A stretch of 64,000 nt of DNA from an uncultured Actinomycetota bacterium (GCA_963758705.1 CAVWWN010000023.1:542050-606049), one strand, 5' to 3'. Shown: positions 52,786 to 61,606, counted from the stretch's first letter. Notes: a model not told the origin generated them from the letters alone. Program-made: numbers and translations.

Positions 52786-53670
52786 ATGCTGATCGCCACT
52801 CATGACGGTTCCTTTCACGCCGACGAGGTGTTCGCCGTCGCGGCGCTCGGGCTGCTCGGCGAGCCCATCGAGGTGCTGCGCACGCGTGACCGGGACGCCC
52901 TGGCGCGCGCCGATGTGCGCGTCGACGTCGGCTTTCGCCACGACCCGTCGACCGGGGACTTCGACCACCACCAGCGCGACTTCGACGGCGTCCGGCCCAA
53001 CGGGATCCGCTACGCGTCATTCGGGCTGATCTGGCGAGAGTTCGGCGCCCGCGTGTGCGAGGGCGACAGGAGGTCGCCGACGCCGTCGACGCGAGTCTGG
53101 TCCAGGGGGTCGATGCCAACGACACCGGTCAGCAGCTCAGCGAGTCGCTGGTCGACGGCGTGTACCCGCTCACCGTCAACGGGGTCGTCGGAGGCTTCAA
53201 CGCGCGCTGGGATGAGACCCTCACGCCCGAGCAGGAGCGCCTGCGCTTCGACGAGGCGGTCGACCTCGCCCGCGGCATCCTCGCCCGTGAGGTGCTGTCC
53301 GCCGCCTCCGGCCGGCGCTCGGCGCGCATCGTCCAGGAGGCGATCGCCGCCGCCACCGACCCGCGCCTCATCGAGCTGCCCGTCAACGCCCCGTGGAAGC
53401 AGGTCCTGGTGCCGGCGGCGCCCGACGCCCTGTTACATCGTCTACCCCAAGCGCCAGGGCTTCGGCCTGGAGGCGGTACCGCGGGAGCTGGGGTCCTTCG
53501 AGAACCGCCGCGACCTCCCGGCCGCCTGGGGCGGCCTGGAGGGCGACGACCTGGTGGCGGCCACGGGCGTGCCCGACGCGCTCTTCTGCCACTCCAAGCG
53601 ATTCCTGGTCGTCGCCTCGTCGCACGATGGGATCGAGCAGCTCGCTCGCCTGGCCCTCGCCGGGGACTGA
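52786..53670 (+). CDS. MYG1/UPF0160-family metal-dependent hydrolase, 2 frameshifts
   Basis: MLIATHDGSFHADEVFAVAALGLL...DVGFRHDPSTGDFDHHQRDF...YASFGLIWREFG / QEVADAVDASLVQGVDANDTGQ...LIELPVNAPWKQVLVPAAPDAL / YIVYPKRQGFGLEAVPRE...ALFCHSKRFLVVASSHDG... Breaks lie near 53060 and 53430. Confidence 0.75.
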   Translation: MLIATHDGSFHADEVFAVAALGLLGEPIEVLRTRDRDALARADVRVDVGFRHDPSTGDFDHHQRDFDGVRPNGIRYASFGLIWREFGARVCEGDRRSPTPSTRVWSRGSMPTTPVSSSASRWSTACTRSPSTGSSEASTRAGMRPSRPSRSACASTRRSTSPAASSPVRCCPPPPAGARRASSRRRSPPPPTRASSSCPSTPRGSRSWCRRRPTPCYIVYPKRQGFGLEAVPRELGSFENRRDLPAAWGGLEGDDLVAATGVPDALFCHSKRFLVVASSHDGIEQLARLALAGD

Positions 53671-53700
53671 CGAGAAGCTCGCGGAGCCTGGGCCCGGCCG

Positions 53701-54186
53701 ATGCCCCGGATCGCCACCATCGGCGTGTATGAGTTCGACGCGACGAGCTTCGTCGCCGCCCTCGACGAGGCCGGCGTCACCAAGGTCTTCGACATCCGCC
53801 AGCGCCGCGGCGTGCGCGGCTCCCAATACGCGTGGGCCAACGCCCAGCGCCTCCAGAGGCTGTTGAGCGAGGCCCGGATCGGCTACGAGTACCACCCAGA
53901 GCTCGCCCCGGACACCGAGTTGCGCCACCTCCAGTACCGCGATGACGACCGCCAGGGCGTCGGCAAGCGCTCCCGCGTCAGGCTCGCTCCCGACTACATC
54001 CGCGAGTACACCGAGGAGATCCTCGACCTCGTCCCGCTCGAGCCGCTCGTCCGGCAGCTACCGGTTCACGGCGTGGGTGCCCTGCTGTGCGTCGAGGCCA
54101 CGGCTCAGGCCTGCCACCGCTCGCTGGTCGCCGCTCGCCTGGCCGAGCGCTTCGGGTACGACGTCACCCACATCGAGCCCCGCTGA
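53701..54186 (+). CDS. DUF488-family protein
   Basis: 161 aa, intact: IATIGVYEFDATSFVAALDEAGVTKVFDIRQRRGVRGSQYAWAN...LLCVEATAQACHRSLVAARL. Confidence 0.7.
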   Translation: MPRIATIGVYEFDATSFVAALDEAGVTKVFDIRQRRGVRGSQYAWANAQRLQRLLSEARIGYEYHPELAPDTELRHLQYRDDDRQGVGKRSRVRLAPDYIREYTEEILDLVPLEPLVRQLPVHGVGALLCVEATAQACHRSLVAARLAERFGYDVTHIEPR

Positions 54187-54236
54187 CACCGCCGGCTACG
54201 CGACCCGCAAATGGACCGCCGGTAAGATCAGTTTCG

Positions 54237-55643
54237 ATGACCGTCGAGTGGGCCGGTCTGGGACCGGAGCTGCTGGTGCGCCTCGATCGCGAGGGCGACG
54301 AGCCACTCACCGCGCAGCTCGAGGGCGCGCTGCGCGACGCCATCCGCACCGGGCGCCTCGGATCCGACGAGCGGCTCCCGTCCTCCCGGGCGCTGGCCCG
54401 GGAGCTGGGCGTCTCCCGTGGGCTCGTCCAGGAGTGCTACGCGCAGCTGCACGCCGAGGGCTTCCTCACCACCCGCACCGGATCGGGCACGCGGGTGTCG
54501 GCCGGAGCCCAGCAGGCGCCCGCGCCGGTGACGGTCGCTCGGGCGCCGGTCCGTGGCCCGGCGATCGACTTCCGCCCCGGCCAGCCCGACCTCGCGAGCT
54601 TCCCGCGCCAGGACTGGATGTGGGCGATGCGCGAGGTGAGCCGCACGGCGCCGGCCGACGCGCTCGGGTACGGCGACCCGCGCGGTGACCGCGTGCTGCG
54701 CGCGGTGCTCGCGGGCTATCTGCGCCGCGTCCGCGGGGCGGTCACCGACCCCGATCGGATCATCGTCTGCGCCGGCTTCGCGCAGGGGAGCAACCTCGTG
54801 CTGTGGACGCTGGCGCGCCGGGGGGCCCGGCGGGTGGCGTTCGAGGATCCCGGGGATATCGACCCGGCGCAAAGCCGCCGCCTCTGGGGGCTCGACGGCG
54901 TCCCGGTCAGGGTCGACGAGCACGGCGTCGACGTGAGCGCGCTCGCCCAGACCGGCGCCGGTGCCGTCGTGCTGACGCCGGCCCACCAGTCGCCGACCGG
55001 CGTCGTCCTGGCGCCGGACCGGCGCCAGGCGCTCGCGCGCTGGGCCCAGGCCGAGCAGGCCACCATCCTCGAGGACGACTATGACGCCGAGTTCCGCTAC
55101 GACCGCGAGCCCGTGGGAGCCCTCCAGGGGCTCGCCCCCGCGCACGTGGCATTGCTCGGCACCGTCTCCAAATCGCTGGCCCCGGCCATTCGCCTGGGGT
55201 GGATCGTGTGCCCGCCGGCCCTGGTCGAGGACATCGCCGAGGCCAAGGAGCTCGACGACCGCGGATCGCCGGGGCTGGACCAGCTGGCGCTCGCCACGCT
55301 CATCCGCTCGGGTCGCTACGACCGTCATCTACGCGCGATGCGCGCCCGCTACGCGGGCAAACGCGCGGCGCTCATCGACGCGCTGGCCACCCATGCGCCG
55401 GAGGTCGAGCTGCGGGGCCTGGCCGCCGGCTTTCACGCCGTCGCCCGCCTGCCCGAGGGCAGCGACGAGCACGCCATCGCCGACGCCGCCCGCCTGCGCG
55501 GAGTGGGCCTGTACCCGATGAGCGACCTGCGCTGGAGCAGCGAGGCGCGTCCGCCGGAGCTGGTCATCGGCTTTGGCGACCTGAGCGAGCAGGCGATCCG
55601 GCGTGGCATCGAGACCGTGGCCGACCTGTTGCGCGGCGCCTGA
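54237..55643 (+). CDS. MocR/PdxR-type regulator (GntR wHTH fused to a PLP aminotransferase-like domain)
   Basis: Start at internal M51 of the track ORF. The wHTH reads LTAQLEGALRDAIRTGRLGSDERLPSSRALARELGVSRGLVQECYAQLHAEGFL. An AAT-fold domain follows, with TVSKSLAPAIRLGW supplying the PLP-binding Lys. Confidence 0.85.
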   Translation: MTVEWAGLGPELLVRLDREGDEPLTAQLEGALRDAIRTGRLGSDERLPSSRALARELGVSRGLVQECYAQLHAEGFLTTRTGSGTRVSAGAQQAPAPVTVARAPVRGPAIDFRPGQPDLASFPRQDWMWAMREVSRTAPADALGYGDPRGDRVLRAVLAGYLRRVRGAVTDPDRIIVCAGFAQGSNLVLWTLARRGARRVAFEDPGDIDPAQSRRLWGLDGVPVRVDEHGVDVSALAQTGAGAVVLTPAHQSPTGVVLAPDRRQALARWAQAEQATILEDDYDAEFRYDREPVGALQGLAPAHVALLGTVSKSLAPAIRLGWIVCPPALVEDIAEAKELDDRGSPGLDQLALATLIRSGRYDRHLRAMRARYAGKRAALIDALATHAPEVELRGLAAGFHAVARLPEGSDEHAIADAARLRGVGLYPMSDLRWSSEARPPELVIGFGDLSEQAIRRGIETVADLLRGA

Positions 55644-55753
55644 GCCGGGGCGGGCCGCGCACGTCCCGCCCGGGGGGCCGCGCAAAGTGGACCACTCACC
55701 AAGCCTCGAAATGGACCTTATCGCCGGTCCGATTCGGGCGTACGTTGCTGCCC

Positions 55754-56977
55754 ATGACCACGCAACGTACCTCTCGCCTCCTCGCCGGCCCCGACGGTCG
55801 GGCGCTCCTGGCCAGCTCCATCCTGGCCCGACTGCCGTTGGCGATGCTGAGCATCGCGATCCTCGTCCACGTTCACCGGCTGACGGCGTCCTTCGCCGTC
55901 GCTGGGCTCGCCTGCAGCGCCTACGCGATCTGCAGCGCGCTCGCCTCGCCGGTGCTCGGGCGGCTGGTCGATCGCCGCGGGCAGACCCGGGTGCTGCTCG
56001 TCGGCGCGACGCTGAGCGCGCTGGCGCTCATCGTCACCGGCCTCATGCCGGCCGACAGCCCACCCGTGCTGCTGATCGCCCTGGCCGGGGGCGCCGGACT
56101 GGCCACGCCCCCGCTGGAGGCGTGCGTGCGGACGCTGCTGCCGGCGATCGTCTCCGGGCCGTCCGAGCTCCCGGCGCTGTTCGCGCTCGAGTCCACGCTG
56201 CTGGAGGTGACGTTCGTGCTCGGCCCCCCGTTGGCCCTCGGGCTCGGTGCGGTCTGGTCCACGGGCGGCGCCCTGATCGTATGCGGGGTGATCATGATCG
56301 CCGGCACCATCGCCTTCGCGACCCGCCGTGTGTCCCGGACGTGGCGCCCGGACGCCGCCGCGCCCCGTTCCCGCGCGGGGTCGCTGCGCGTCGCCGCAAT
56401 CCGCGTCCTGGTGATGGCGGATCTGGGCACCGGCGTGGTGTTCGGGGCCACCGAGGTCGGAGTCACCGCCAGCGCAACGCACATCGCCGGCGCCACCGCG
56501 GCCGCTCCGCTGCTGGGCCTGTGGGGCGCCGGATCGTTGGTCGGCGGGTTCGTCGTCACACGCCTGGGCACGCGGTTTGAAAGCGCGCGGCACCTCCCGG
56601 CCCTGCTCGGAGCGCTCGCCGTCACGCACGGGGCACTGCTGGCCGGCACCGGCAGCCTGCCGCTGATGGGGGCGATCCTCCTGCTCGCCGGCGCGACCAT
56701 CGCCCCGACAACAGCCGGCATCTACGCCATGGTCGATCGCTTCGCTCCCGCCGGCACCCATACCGAGGCCTTCTCCTGGCTCTTCACCTCGTCCTCAGCG
56801 GGCGCCGCCGCCGGCGCGGGCATCGCGGGTGTGCTGGCCCAGGGCGTGGGCCCCGGCGCGGTGTTCGCCTTCGCCGGGGTGACCGGCGGCCTGGCCACGC
56901 TGGTCACGATCCTGGGCGCGCACCACCTGAGGCCGCAGTCCCCGGTCGCCGTCTCCGGAGCGTCCGCCGTCGTCTGA
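55754..56977 (+). CDS. MFS transporter
   Basis: Start at the internal ATG (MTTQRTSRLLAGPDGRALLASSILARLPLAML...). About 12 TM spans. A GRLVDRRGQTR motif-A-like loop lies between TM2 and TM3. Confidence 0.8.
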   Translation: MTTQRTSRLLAGPDGRALLASSILARLPLAMLSIAILVHVHRLTASFAVAGLACSAYAICSALASPVLGRLVDRRGQTRVLLVGATLSALALIVTGLMPADSPPVLLIALAGGAGLATPPLEACVRTLLPAIVSGPSELPALFALESTLLEVTFVLGPPLALGLGAVWSTGGALIVCGVIMIAGTIAFATRRVSRTWRPDAAAPRSRAGSLRVAAIRVLVMADLGTGVVFGATEVGVTASATHIAGATAAAPLLGLWGAGSLVGGFVVTRLGTRFESARHLPALLGALAVTHGALLAGTGSLPLMGAILLLAGATIAPTTAGIYAMVDRFAPAGTHTEAFSWLFTSSSAGAAAGAGIAGVLAQGVGPGAVFAFAGVTGGLATLVTILGAHHLRPQSPVAVSGASAVV

Positions 56978-57091
56978 CACCGGGAGCGCGGTCCACCTCC
57001 GGCAGGAGCCCAGACATGCCGACGGGCGGTACGCACGACCGCGTAGATGGCGATCGGCGCACCACCCGTCTGGATGTTGTTGCCGGTCCGA

Positions 57092-57604
57092 TCAGCCGAC
57101 GAGAAGCTCCACCCCGGCGGCAACTATGAGCCCGCCGCCGGCGAGCCCGAGGCTCAGCACGCGACTGCGCTGGAGCGCCGGGACCGTGCGCGCAACCGCT
57201 GCGGCGATGGCGAGCCCGGCGCCGGCCAGCAGTGCGCTGGACAGCGCCTGCTCTCCGGCCTGCCCCCACACGTTCGTTGTCCAACTGTGGTCGATGACGC
57301 CGAAGGTGATGTTATCGATGCTCAGCGCCACCGGCAGGACCCACACCCAGCGGGTGCCGGCGGTCTGGCGCGACATCATGGCCAGAGCGATCCAGTACAG
57401 GCCGAGCGCGACAAAAACCCCGGTCGCGGCGACGGTGGAGACGCCGCCAGGCATGCTCCAGTGCAACGCCGTGCCGAGCAGGAATCCCCCGGCATCGGCG
57501 ATGCCGAAGGAGACGGCAAACGGCACGCGCGCCCTGGGGCTGATCACCGTACCAACCGCCAAACAGGCGATGAAGCTGTCGATTCCGAGTAGCAGAAAGC
57601 CCAT
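57092..57604 (-). CDS. MntP-like (DUF204 x2) putative manganese efflux membrane protein
   Basis: 170 aa with two repeats, each carrying S-x-D motifs (LGIDSFIACLAVG and ALSIDNITFGV). Confidence 0.55.
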   Translation of the reverse strand: MGFLLLGIDSFIACLAVGTVISPRARVPFAVSFGIADAGGFLLGTALHWSMPGGVSTVAATGVFVALGLYWIALAMMSRQTAGTRWVWVLPVALSIDNITFGVIDHSWTTNVWGQAGEQALSSALLAGAGLAIAAAVARTVPALQRSRVLSLGLAGGGLIVAAGVELLVG

Positions 57605-57777
57605 GTCACCCTCCTATCGATGTCTGCCGCGACCGGTGTCTCTGGGTTCGCGGCTTCTGTGCCCGACCGGTCCGGCGATCGCTCACGGGGTCGAGCGCGT
57701 TCATCGAGCCGACCGGCCCATGTCTGCCAAGAGTTGGGGACATGGGCCGATCGCTCGCGAATGTTCCGAGGCCGGGA

Positions 57778-59478
57778 CTACTCCGGCAGCGCGAACGCGA
57801 ACAGCGCGGCGCCACCCGCCTGCGCGAGCGCGCCGGGGTAGAACCCTTCGGTCCAGGCGCCGTATCCAACCGGCACGGCGATGTACTGCCGCCCATCGAC
57901 GCTGTAGGTGCTCGGGCTCGAGTGATGGCCGCTGCCGCACGTGAACTCCCAGAGGAGCTCACCGCTGGTGTCGTTGAACGCCCAGTACTTGCCCGCGGGG
58001 CCACCAGCGAGCACGAGGCCGCCGGCGGTGGCCAGCACCGACGCGGTCATCGGGTGCTCCTGGGTGAAGCGCCACTTCTCCTGGCCCGTGGCCGGGTCGA
58101 ACGCCGAGACGTAGCCGGACACATCCTCTGTGTCCACCGCGACGCCCGCGCCCCAGTACGGGATGCTCTCCTTGAACTCCCGCCGCCGCCGTGTGGCGGT
58201 CGCACCCACATCCTGCACCGGGCAGTAGAAGAGCCCCGTCTTCTGGCTGTACGCGGCGTGGGTCCATTCCTTGGCGCCAGCCGGGCCGGGCCAGAAGTGG
58301 ACCGGCTCCCCCTCCTTCTCGGGGTACAGCCTCGGCGTCACCTTGCCGTTGGAGTCGATCTCGCCCCAGGTGATGCGGTCGACGAACGGCACGACCCGGA
58401 TCAGGCTGCAGTCAGTGCGATCCAGGATAAAGAAGTACCCGTTCTTGTCGAAGTGTCCGGAGCACTTGCGTCCGTCCATCTCGAACAGGATGTTCTCCAT
58501 CGTCGAGTCGTAGTCCCACAAGTCGTGTGGGGTGTACTGATAGTGCGACTTGATCTTGCCGGTGTCGGGATCCACCGCCACCACGGAGTCCGTGTAGAGG
58601 TTGTCGCCCTCACGCACCTCCCCGTCGAAATCGGGACATGGGTTGCCCGTATTGAAGTACAGGAGGTTGAGTTCCGGGTCGTAGGTCGGCGTGATCCAGC
58701 AGTTCGCGCCGCCGCGCGCCCAGGCCTCGCCGTCCGAGGGCCAGGTCTCGGACCCCGGCTCCCCGGGAGCGGGGACCATGTAGCACCGCCACACGCGCTC
58801 TCCGGTCTCGAGTTTGAACGCGTCGGCGTGGCCGCGCACCCCGAACTCTCCACCCGAGCTTCCGACGATGACCATGTCCTTGACGATGAGCGGGGCGACG
58901 GTCGCGCTCTCGCCGGCCCGTACGTCCCCGAACGGCTGATCCCAGACGAGCGCACCGGTCTTGGCGTCAAGCGCGGTCACGTGGGCATTGAGGGTGGCCA
59001 TGAAGACCTTCCCGTCAGCCACGGCGCAGCCCCGGTTGACGTTGCCGCAGCACAGCGACACGTCGTACGGGGACGCACGGTGATAGCGCCACAGCTCCGC
59101 TCCGGTCTTGGCGTCAAGCGCCCACATCCAGCCATCCCAGCCGGTCACGTACATGACGCCGTCGACGACGAGCGGAGACGCCTCGAACGAATAGGTCGAG
59201 GCACCCGAGTGCATTCCCACCGAGCCGCACTGGAACACCCACGCGGGCCTCAGATCCTTGACGTTCGAGGTATTGATCTGGTCGAGCAGGCTGTAGCGCT
59301 GCCCGTCGTAGGCCCCGTAGTAGCTGAGCCAGTTGTGGGGCTCCGCTTCGCGGGCCTTGAGGATTCGGTCGTAGTTGACGCCTTTCGCGACGTCCGGCGC
59401 AGCGCCGACGTAGCCGGGGCTCAGATTCCGGAAGTCGACAGCCTCACCTGCGTCGACGTAATCAGTCTCAGTTGCCAT
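57778..59478 (-). CDS. PQQ-dependent dehydrogenase, methanol/ethanol family (XoxF-like, DYD lanthanide signature), with no recognisable signal peptide
   Basis: Start at the internal ATG at 59478, with AAAGGAG 7 nt upstream. The vicinal Cys pair sits in VSLCCGNVNRG. TPHDLWDYDS is present. An eight-blade propeller pattern with W-docking motifs is visible. The N-terminus MATETDYVDAGEAVDFRNLSPGYVG has no hydrophobic h-region. Confidence 0.9.
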   Translation of the reverse strand: MATETDYVDAGEAVDFRNLSPGYVGAAPDVAKGVNYDRILKAREAEPHNWLSYYGAYDGQRYSLLDQINTSNVKDLRPAWVFQCGSVGMHSGASTYSFEASPLVVDGVMYVTGWDGWMWALDAKTGAELWRYHRASPYDVSLCCGNVNRGCAVADGKVFMATLNAHVTALDAKTGALVWDQPFGDVRAGESATVAPLIVKDMVIVGSSGGEFGVRGHADAFKLETGERVWRCYMVPAPGEPGSETWPSDGEAWARGGANCWITPTYDPELNLLYFNTGNPCPDFDGEVREGDNLYTDSVVAVDPDTGKIKSHYQYTPHDLWDYDSTMENILFEMDGRKCSGHFDKNGYFFILDRTDCSLIRVVPFVDRITWGEIDSNGKVTPRLYPEKEGEPVHFWPGPAGAKEWTHAAYSQKTGLFYCPVQDVGATATRRRREFKESIPYWGAGVAVDTEDVSGYVSAFDPATGQEKWRFTQEHPMTASVLATAGGLVLAGGPAGKYWAFNDTSGELLWEFTCGSGHHSSPSTYSVDGRQYIAVPVGYGAWTEGFYPGALAQAGGAALFAFALPE

Positions 59479-59491
59479 CAACTGCTCCTTT

Positions 59492-59944
59492 CTACGGCCG
59501 CGGCTGGGGCGGGCGGTCGAGCTTGGCTTCGTCCGGGACTTCACCACTGACGACGATCGTGCCGGTCAGGCCCCGACCCTCGTCGTTGCCGGTCCGGGAG
59601 CCATACCAGTAGTAGCCCGGGCCGTCGAGCGAGAGGGTCGCCCTCCCCTTCGAGAAGTTCACCAGCCAGATGAACTTGGAATCGCCGTTGCTCGGCAGCA
59701 CCGCGCAGTGCGAGTTGTTGTCGTCGTTGATGATCTCGAGTTCCAGTTCGCCCGCATGAGGGAGGACCAGGACGCCGGGGTCGAAAACCAGCTCGTCCAA
59801 CGGGATTCGGACAGTGGCGTGCATCTTGCCGTCGGATCCCTCCTCGGCCATCCCGACGTTTCCGCGGCCGAGCACTCGTCCGAGTGTCACGCCGTTCTGT
59901 TTTGCCAGCCCCTGAATCACGCTCTCGTCGACTGTGGCGGTCAC
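59492..59944 (-). CDS. Small beta-sandwich (cupredoxin-like?) protein co-transcribed upstream of the PQQ dehydrogenase (PQQ-associated family)
   Basis: 150 aa with a GTG start after GGAGGGAGAG; the stop lies 13 nt before the dehydrogenase ATG. ...LVLPHAGELELEIINDDNNSHCAVLPSNGDSKFIWLVNFSKGRATLSLDGPGYYWYGSRTGNDEGRGLTGTIVVSG. It resembles what I recall as the MSMEG_3727-type PQQ-associated protein; this is unverified. Confidence 0.5.
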   Translation of the reverse strand: MTATVDESVIQGLAKQNGVTLGRVLGRGNVGMAEEGSDGKMHATVRIPLDELVFDPGVLVLPHAGELELEIINDDNNSHCAVLPSNGDSKFIWLVNFSKGRATLSLDGPGYYWYGSRTGNDEGRGLTGTIVVSGEVPDEAKLDRPPQPRP

Positions 59945-60139
59945 GGCGAGTCTCTCCCTCCATCCGGAAAATGGGCGGAACGAACCTAACAGGGGCAGGG
60001 CGATGTCACAACCGAGCCATCGAGAGAAGACCGACCGGACAGGGTGTGAACCTGACCAACCGGGTAGGTACCGACACTGGCCGGTCAGTCACCCACAGTG
60101 ACCGATCGGTCAGACATCACGATCACCTGAAAATCAGTG

Positions 60140-61210
60140 TCACCCGAGAGTGATCGTAGCGGCGTCAGTGACCCGCAGATGCTCGAGGGCGGTCCCGCTG
60201 GACTCGCGGACCCTCAGCGTCTCGGCCAGGCCGGCGTGGCGGCCGCCCGCCAGCCCATCGGCGAGGAGCGCGCCCCCGTGCGCGGCCGAGCTAGCGCGGC
60301 CGGGCACGAGCGACACCACCGGAGCAACGTCAGCCAACGAACCGGCCAGGCGGGTGACGAGCGCGGGTAGGCGGGCCAACCGGCCCGAGACAACGATCTC
60401 ACGCGGGGCCGGCACGCTGACGAGCATTGCGCGCACCGCCTTGGCGGCGGCCTCCAGCAGCGCCGTCCAGCCCTCGGCGAGGTCCGCCGAGTTCCACAAC
60501 GCGCTCAGGTCGGTCATGTCAAGGGTCCCCCCCGGGTCCAGGGCCCCGCCGCTGTACAGCGTGTCCTTGCCCAGCACAGGGGCGAGCAGGTAGGCGACCT
60601 CGCCGTCCAGTGCGCCCACGGCACGCGCGCCGAGAGGTCCCGACGATCCGCCCATGCCGTCGACGATCTGTCCCTCGTCGATCGCGAGCGCGGCGGTGAA
60701 CGCGCCTCCGAGCTCGATTAGGACCATCGAGCTCTGACGAGGGGAGATCCCCAGTCGCGACGATTGATCGGCGATCGCGTAGGCCGCGGCACACACCTTG
60801 TCCGCGGTCCCCATGTCGATCCGGTTGTACTTCCGGTGAGGCGGCACCGAGGGCAGGTGGATGACGCCGGGACCGAAGACGACGGGCAGTCCGCTGCCGA
60901 TGAGGGCCCGCAGCAGCGAGCGCAGCCCGCGGACGCCGGCGTCGGCATGGGCCTCGTCGGGGCGCACCAGCACCATCTCGGCCAGCTCGCGCTCCCCGGT
61001 GTCGGCTGCGGCCACGAGCGGCAGCCCATAGCCACTCGGACCGTAGACGAGGTCATAGGGGCCGTGGACGGTGAGCGCCTCCAGCAGCGGCCGGCTGTCT
61101 GCGCTGAGCGTTCCGGCGTGGAACACCTGCTCGACGACCGGTTCGCCGTCCTCGAGCACGCACAGGTCGAATGAGACCGTACCGGGGTCGACGCCAGCTA
61201 CCCGGGGCAT
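60140..61210 (-). CDS. ASKHA-fold (acetate/sugar kinase/Hsp70/actin-like) protein, DUF1464-like
   Basis: 356 aa. N-terminal VAGVDPGTVSFDLCVL is a phosphate-1 DxGxT motif. IDMGTADK and LIELGGAFTA look like phosphate-2/adenosine-type motifs. Confidence 0.55.
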   Translation of the reverse strand: MPRVAGVDPGTVSFDLCVLEDGEPVVEQVFHAGTLSADSRPLLEALTVHGPYDLVYGPSGYGLPLVAAADTGERELAEMVLVRPDEAHADAGVRGLRSLLRALIGSGLPVVFGPGVIHLPSVPPHRKYNRIDMGTADKVCAAAYAIADQSSRLGISPRQSSMVLIELGGAFTAALAIDEGQIVDGMGGSSGPLGARAVGALDGEVAYLLAPVLGKDTLYSGGALDPGGTLDMTDLSALWNSADLAEGWTALLEAAAKAVRAMLVSVPAPREIVVSGRLARLPALVTRLAGSLADVAPVVSLVPGRASSAAHGGALLADGLAGGRHAGLAETLRVRESSGTALEHLRVTDAATITLG

Positions 61211-61221
61211 ATCATTGGACC

Positions 61222-61599
61222 ATGAGCAAAGAGCGGACCTACACCGAGGCTGAGATCCCCGCCAAGCTGTCGGAGCTCGGCCTGGATGAGTGGTATTACG
61301 AGGGTGACTGGATCCGGCGCAAGTACAACACCGACGGCTGGCCCACCACCCTGATGGCCGTCAACGCCGTCGGCTACCTGTGCGAGGCCGCCGGCCATCA
61401 CGCCGACCTCAACGTCACCTGGGGCAAGCTCTGGGTCAAGCTGGCCACGCACTCGGCCGGCGGGATCACCGACAAGGACTTCACCCTGGCTCGCAAGATC
61501 GAGGACACCGTGCTGTGGCGGCCGGATGCCGACGGCCCGCTGGACGGACCGATGGGCAAGTTCGTGTTCTCGAAGTCGCGCCTGGGCGCCGGGGCCTGA
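61222..61599 (+). CDS. Pterin-4a-carbinolamine dehydratase (PCD/DCoH family)
   Basis: Start at internal M18. WIRRKYNTDGWPTTLMAVNAVGYLCEAAGHHADLNVTWGKLWVKLATHSAGGITDKDFTLARKIE carries the HH(P/A)D signature and the TH-x-x-GG-(L/I)-T block. Confidence 0.8.
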   Translation: MSKERTYTEAEIPAKLSELGLDEWYYEGDWIRRKYNTDGWPTTLMAVNAVGYLCEAAGHHADLNVTWGKLWVKLATHSAGGITDKDFTLARKIEDTVLWRPDADGPLDGPMGKFVFSKSRLGAGA

Positions 61600-61606
61600 C
61601 CAGGAC

